The notes under the pieces are model-generated. The model searched no databases and was not told where the DNA came from. It was given only the letters and a program-made list of their open reading frames with translations. From assembly GCA_052327205.1 (NCBI GenBank), contig CM126204.1, positions 127,038,001 through 127,102,000 of the forward strand: 64,000 nucleotides of DNA, written 5' to 3'. Numbering within the stretch: position 1 is the first letter of the stretch; each line of letters begins with the position of its first letter. This document shows, one piece after another, positions 58,710-64,000 of this stretch. Source of the stretch: Somniosus microcephalus (Eukaryota). A program made the position numbers and the translations under genes.

Positions 58710-61682
58710 TGTAATGATCAGTAACATGTCATGCTAGAATGGTACACTAGGTGGAGCTGTATGTTTAGTAGTGGGCTACCCACGAGGCACTAGTCAAGAT
58801 GGATACTGTATACAAGTCCACATGGCTGAATAAATGACTAGCACAAGCTAGCTGTTCATAATAAAAACGTCTATTTATTTATGAACATAACATGGTACCA
58901 GGAGTGGTAATATCTGCTGAATATTGCGAAATGCGACATTAGAATTTGAAGCCACCGGAGGGTTTGAAACTCATGGGGTATGTCGACTGCAATTGGCGGA
59001 CTTTCAAACAACAATTCGAACTCTACATTGCTGCTATCGGGTTCGGCACGAAGCCAGACGCAAGGAAAATAGCGTTGCTGCTCACGGTTGCAGGCCCGCA
59101 GGCGATAGAGGTATTAATACATTTGTATTTGATCAAGAGGAGGATAGAGAAAAGATGGACGTCAGGCTAAAGAAGTTTGATACACATTGTTCTCCCAAAA
59201 AGAACGAGACCTATGAGAGGTACGTGTTCTGTTCATGGACACAGCAGCAAAATGAGACTTTTGATAGCTTTGTGACCGATCTGAAACTGAAAGCACAGAC
59301 ATGTAATTTCTCTGAACTGAAATCATCCATGATTCGTGATCAGATTGTGTTTGGTATTCATGATAAAAAGGTCAGGGAACGTCTGTTAAGAGAAACCGAA
59401 CTAACATTGGAGGATGCTGTGAAAATATGCCATGCCAGTGAGCTTGCTTAGCAGCACGCAAAGACTTTCAGTGAAATTAATAATGGTGCGACTGTAGTGA
59501 GTGCAGTTGTCGGTGCTGTGTCCTGCAAGGGGAAGAAACGTGGGCAGAACAGGAATGCAAAGCAATCGGAGGATGGAACGTTCAATTGTAAACGCTGTGG
59601 TTACCAGCACCAGCCAAGACAATGCCCAGTGTTTGGGAAAATGTGCACAAAATGTAATGGAAAGAATCACTTTGCCAAACAATGCTTTTCAAAAGTAAAA
59701 ACTAAGAAAGGACATAAAGGTAATGCAGTAAAAGCGGACACTGATTTAAGTGAGACATTTTTTGTAGGAATGGTGTCATGTAACAATATAGAAAAGGATA
59801 CAGAAAATGTGCAGCCCTCAGGAATGGACAATGCTGAACATAAAGTTAATGCAGTAAAAGAGGACAAATGGATGATGCCACTGCAGGTAAATGGAGCATT
59901 AGTTACATTGAAACTAGACACTGGGGCAAAAGCAAACTTAATCAGTATGAGTGATATTAAAAATATGAAAGAAAAGGCCAAAATACAGAAAAAGTCAGTA
60001 CTACTGAAGAACTTTAATGGACAGAAAATAGATAGCTTAGGTACATGCAGACTTAAAGTGACAGTCAAAGACAAAGTGCATCATCTCATGTTTTCTGTTG
60101 TGGTTGAAGGACTTGATTCACTACTAGGTGACAAAGCTTGTGAGGACTTAGAACTGGTCAAGAGAGTCTACCGTATAAACTGTGCCATAAGCAGACCAGA
60201 TGACTCAGTGGATTCTGTAGTGAGTAATTTCCAGGATGTGTTCAAAGGATTTGGAGTTCTACCATTCACTTACATGATCCAGCTAAAGGAGGATGCTCAG
60301 CCAGTGGTACATGCTCCACGGAGAGTTCCAGCACCCCTGCATGACTGGCTCAAGAAAGAACTGGACAGAATGACCACATTAGGAGTCATCAGGAAAGTCG
60401 AAGAGCCAACAGACTGGGTTAACGCCATGGTATGTGTAAAGAAAAGAACAATGATCTAAAAGTATGCATGGATCCAAAGGACTTAAATGCAAACATAAAA
60501 CGTGAACACTACCAGATTCCCAAGCAAGAAGAAATCATCAGTGAAATGTCAGGTGCCAGATACTTCACAAAGCTCGATGCCTCACAAGGATTGTGGCAAC
60601 TAAAACTGGATGAACAGAGCACCAAATACTGTACCTTCAACACACCATTTGGCAGGTATTGTTTCCTCAGAATGCCTTTCGGGATAATATCTGCATCTGA
60701 AATCTTTCATAGAGCGATGGAACACATAATTGAAGGTCTGGAAGGAGTTCGGGTCTATGTTGATGACATCATCATCTGGGGCTCCACACTGAAAGAACAC
60801 AATGAGAGACTGACTAAAGTGCTACAGAGTATACGCCGGAATGGACTGAAGCTCAACAAAGCCAAGTGTCAGTTTGGCGTCCAGGAAGTCACTTTCCTAG
60901 GAGATAATCTATCTGGTAAAGGAATAGAGCCAGATATGGAAAAAGTAAACGCCATACTCAAAATGCCCCGACCCACTGACAAAAAAGGAGTGCTATGCAT
61001 CATGGGGATGATAAACTTCATTGGAAAGTTCATTCCTAACTTGTCAGCCAAGACAGCCTGTCTGCGAGACCTGCTACATAAAACAAATGAGTTTGCATGG
61101 ACAGAAAGACATGACCAAGAGTGGATAAACCTCAAAACAGTGCTGACAACCACACCTGTACTCACCTTCTTTGACCCAACATAGAGAATCAAAGTGTCAA
61201 CGGATGCATCAAAAGATGGCCTAGGCACGGTCTTGCTACAAGCAGAGGGTGAAGATTGGAAGCCTGTTGCCTATGCCTCCAGGTCTATGACTGATACTGA
61301 GTGTCGATACGCCCAGATTGAAAAGGAATGTCTAGGCTTGGTAGTTGGACTAGAAAAGTTCCATGGCTACATATATGGACTTCCCACCTTCACAGTTGAG
61401 ACAGACCACTGTCCACTGGTTGCCATCATAAAAAAAAACCTGAATGAGCTGTCTCCAAGGATTTAACAACTCATGATGAAGCTGCAAACTTATGACTTTG
61501 AACTGATCTACACACCAGGCAACTACATAGTGTTAGCAGATGCACTATCCTGAGCACCCACAATGAGTCATGTGAGCTCTACTGAGGAAGACGTGGATGT
61601 TCATGTGAGTATGGTCACTGCTGCGCTGCCCGTGTCAGACACAAAATCAAAGCAAATAGCAGAAGAAACAGTAAAAGATACA
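58710..61682 (+). mobile_element. second copy of the tRNA-Leu-primed Gypsy family, disrupted and interrupted by a Harbinger
   Basis: LTR 58710-58892, PBS TGGTACCAGGAGTGG, gag/PR/RT/RNaseH closely similar to 18428-21174 with stops and frameshifts. Confidence 0.93.
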
Positions 61683-62182
61683 GGCCTAGAAATTCAGTGG
61701 GTTGCGCCAGCCGCTAACGCCATAAAAGGGCTATATTTCCGGCGCTAGACACTTAGCGCCTGAACGCAGTCCGATCTGCGCCGACGCCCAAATTCAGTTG
61801 ACATTTAGCGCCGGCGCAAAGTGTTTGCGCCCGCTCAGGTGCGCGCGCAGCTTATGACGTCATATCGTCGCGCAACGCTGTTTGTGCGCCCCAAACCGGA
61901 AATTCAGTGGCGCCCGCCCAATGTGGGCGTGGCACTGCTAAGAACTGTGAGGTGGAACGCAAAAGAGGCCCTGTGGGCCTCGGGGAGCGCAAATTAAAGG
62001 GCACTTACACTGACCTATAAAGCCCAGCCATTTTGCTGCAATGACTTTACTGCTTTGGATTTCTGGACAGAGACCAAGGGACAGAGGTTACAGATTTGGG
62101 ACAACATAGGAGAGGTATTTTTGGCTTCTGGCCAGTGCTTTGACATTTGATTCATTGTGATTTATCTGTTCTCAACTTTATT

Positions 62183-63328
62183 ATGGGGGCTGTATGGGGG
62201 GCCAACCCTCAGTTGCAGCATTATGTGCGAAGGGCTCGCAGACGCTGTGAGAGAGGGCCAGCCATGCCTAGACGCAGAGGGGCCATCAGGCGTCGGCAAC
62301 GTAGGCCTTACCCACTCAGGCAATACCAGCAGCAGGTGTCCTATCTCACCATGACTGCGGCGCATTGTGTGAAGAGGCTGCGCTTCAGAAGGGAGGTGGT
62401 TGCAGAGATCTGCCAGCTGCTTCACACAGATCTGCGTCCACAGCTGATGTGCAGGACGTCTCTCTCGGTGGAAGTGAAGGTTACGGTGGCTCTGAACTTT
62501 TATGCAAGCGGCTCCTTCCAAGCCGCTGCTGCGGACATAGCAAACATCTCCCAGTTCGCCGCGCATCGCTGCATCCGGCAGGTCACCGATGCACTTTACG
62601 CGAGGAGACACCAATTCATCTCCTTCCCCATGACCCGACAGAGGCAGGGGCAGCGTGCAGTCGGATTTGGTAGGATCGCGGGCTTCCCCATGGTGCAGGG
62701 CGCCATTGACTGCACGCATGTGGCTATGCGGGCACCTATCCACAATGCCGAGGATTACCGCAACCGGAAGGGCTACCATTCCCTAAATGTACAGCTGGTG
62801 TGTGACCGCAGGCAGCGCATCCTAGCTGTCAATGCCCGCTTCCCAGGAAGCAGCCACGATGCATTTATCCTGCGCCAGACTACTGTGGCTGACATGTTCG
62901 AGGCACAGCCTCCACCAAGGGGATGGCTTATCGGGGACAAGGGCTACCCTTTGTGTACATGGCTCATGACCCCGCTCCGCGCGCCCAGGACCCCAGCGGA
63001 GGAGGCATACAACGAAAGCCATCAAGCCACAAGGAACATCATCGAGCAAACGATAGGCGTCCTCAAGCAACGGTTCCGCTGCCTGGATCGTTCCGGAGGA
63101 TCTCTTCAGTATTCGCCGGATAGAGTCTCCCAGTTCGTTGTCGTGTGCTGCCTGCTGCACAACCTGGCTATCCGCAGGACTCAGGCACTGCCACCTGGCA
63201 TTGCACCACCACCTCAGGAGGACGAGCAGGAGGAGGAGGAGGAGGAGGAGGAGGAGGAGGACCAGCCCAGGAGGGAGCGACAAGGGCCAAGGGCCGTCCG
63301 CCGGGGGCTTATTGATCGACACTTCTAG
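62183..63328 (+). CDS. Harbinger DDE transposase
   Basis: GAIDCTH, IGDKGY, IEQTIGVLKQRF; paralog of 37144-38304; open frame. Confidence 0.95.
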   Translation: MGAVWGANPQLQHYVRRARRRCERGPAMPRRRGAIRRRQRRPYPLRQYQQQVSYLTMTAAHCVKRLRFRREVVAEICQLLHTDLRPQLMCRTSLSVEVKVTVALNFYASGSFQAAAADIANISQFAAHRCIRQVTDALYARRHQFISFPMTRQRQGQRAVGFGRIAGFPMVQGAIDCTHVAMRAPIHNAEDYRNRKGYHSLNVQLVCDRRQRILAVNARFPGSSHDAFILRQTTVADMFEAQPPPRGWLIGDKGYPLCTWLMTPLRAPRTPAEEAYNESHQATRNIIEQTIGVLKQRFRCLDRSGGSLQYSPDRVSQFVVVCCLLHNLAIRRTQALPPGIAPPPQEDEQEEEEEEEEEEDQPRRERQGPRAVRRGLIDRHF

Positions 63329-63735
63329 GCCCCCTGTCAGGGAATGGCCTGTGGCAATGAACGCACCTGAGGCAGCCGCTCCGCAAGCCCTCAGCCGGTT
63401 AACGCAACAACCACTTCAAACATGACACCTGGACATGCTGAATAAATCAAAAGCTTTATTTCACAAACTCAGGGCCCTTCCCACATGAAACAGAAAAACA
63501 GACAAGACCCCCAAAAAACAGTCAAAAACATCTGTCACTCCCAAAACCTGGGGAGGACTAACAAAACTTGCCCATCCAAAAGGCCTTCAACAGCGGCCTT
63601 ACAAAAATAAGCCCCCACCCCCACAACAGAGACACCCCCATGAAAACAAAAAATGCCTTGATCCTCGGCCTTAACAAAATAATGCCCCCCACAACACAAG
63701 CCTCCCAATATAAAAGAAACCGCTCTCACCACACT

Positions 63736-64000
63736 CTAATGGGTGTGCCGAGAGGGCGAGTCCTTAGACAGGCTTCTCCGGCCCCTGGCCGACCTGCTGC
63801 TCCGCCTCAACCTGGGCCCTGCGGGTGTGGCGAGGCTGGGGGAAGGCTCATGAGGGCCACAAAGCGTGTCGGCAGATGCCCTTGGGGGTCGGCCTAGACG
63901 AGGCCTGGCCCGGGAGGGGCCGGCTGCTGACTGCTGCAGCTGTGGCTGGGCAGCATCAGTCTTAGCAGCAGCTCATCGCACCTTGGCTGGGGGAGTGGCA
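63736..64000 (-). CDS. 3' end of the Myb/SANT partner gene (partial)
   Basis: Ends LRRSSRSARGRRSLSKDSPSRHTH*, versus LRRSSRQGRGGKMLAKVSPSRATQ* in the first Harbinger. Confidence 0.75.

Larger units (their letters stand above)
61683..64000 (+). mobile_element. second autonomous-type Harbinger (right end outside the window)
   Basis: Left TIR GGCCTAGAAATTCAG, subterminal region homologous to 36644-37000, transposase plus convergent gene end. Confidence 0.93.

Overview
Repeat-dominated vertebrate DNA, most likely from a cartilaginous fish (inferred from the shark-type CR1 LINEs and Deu-domain SINEs). No host protein-coding gene could be established. The window is a deep nest of mobile elements: CR1 and L2-group LINEs, SINEs, a non-autonomous Helitron, three Gypsy copies from two families, a solo LTR, and three PIF/Harbinger transposons (one apparently intact with two genes, one cut by the window end, one ancient relic) plus related MITEs. 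The most notable feature is an 11.5-kb non-autonomous, tRNA-Trp-primed LTR element on the minus strand (14374-25914). Its gag/pol have decayed to relics, and it carries intronless sense-strand fragments of two host ribosomal-protein mRNAs (RPL35A, RPL7). Its leader holds a duplicated primer-binding site and an array of covarying RNA stem-loops. Its LTRs remain near-identical while the cargo is heavily diverged, which suggests a family that has been replicating with its cargo. A related, less decayed Trp-primed Gypsy sits at 47605-52254. All identifications were made by eye and from recalled protein families; no searches or alignments were run.
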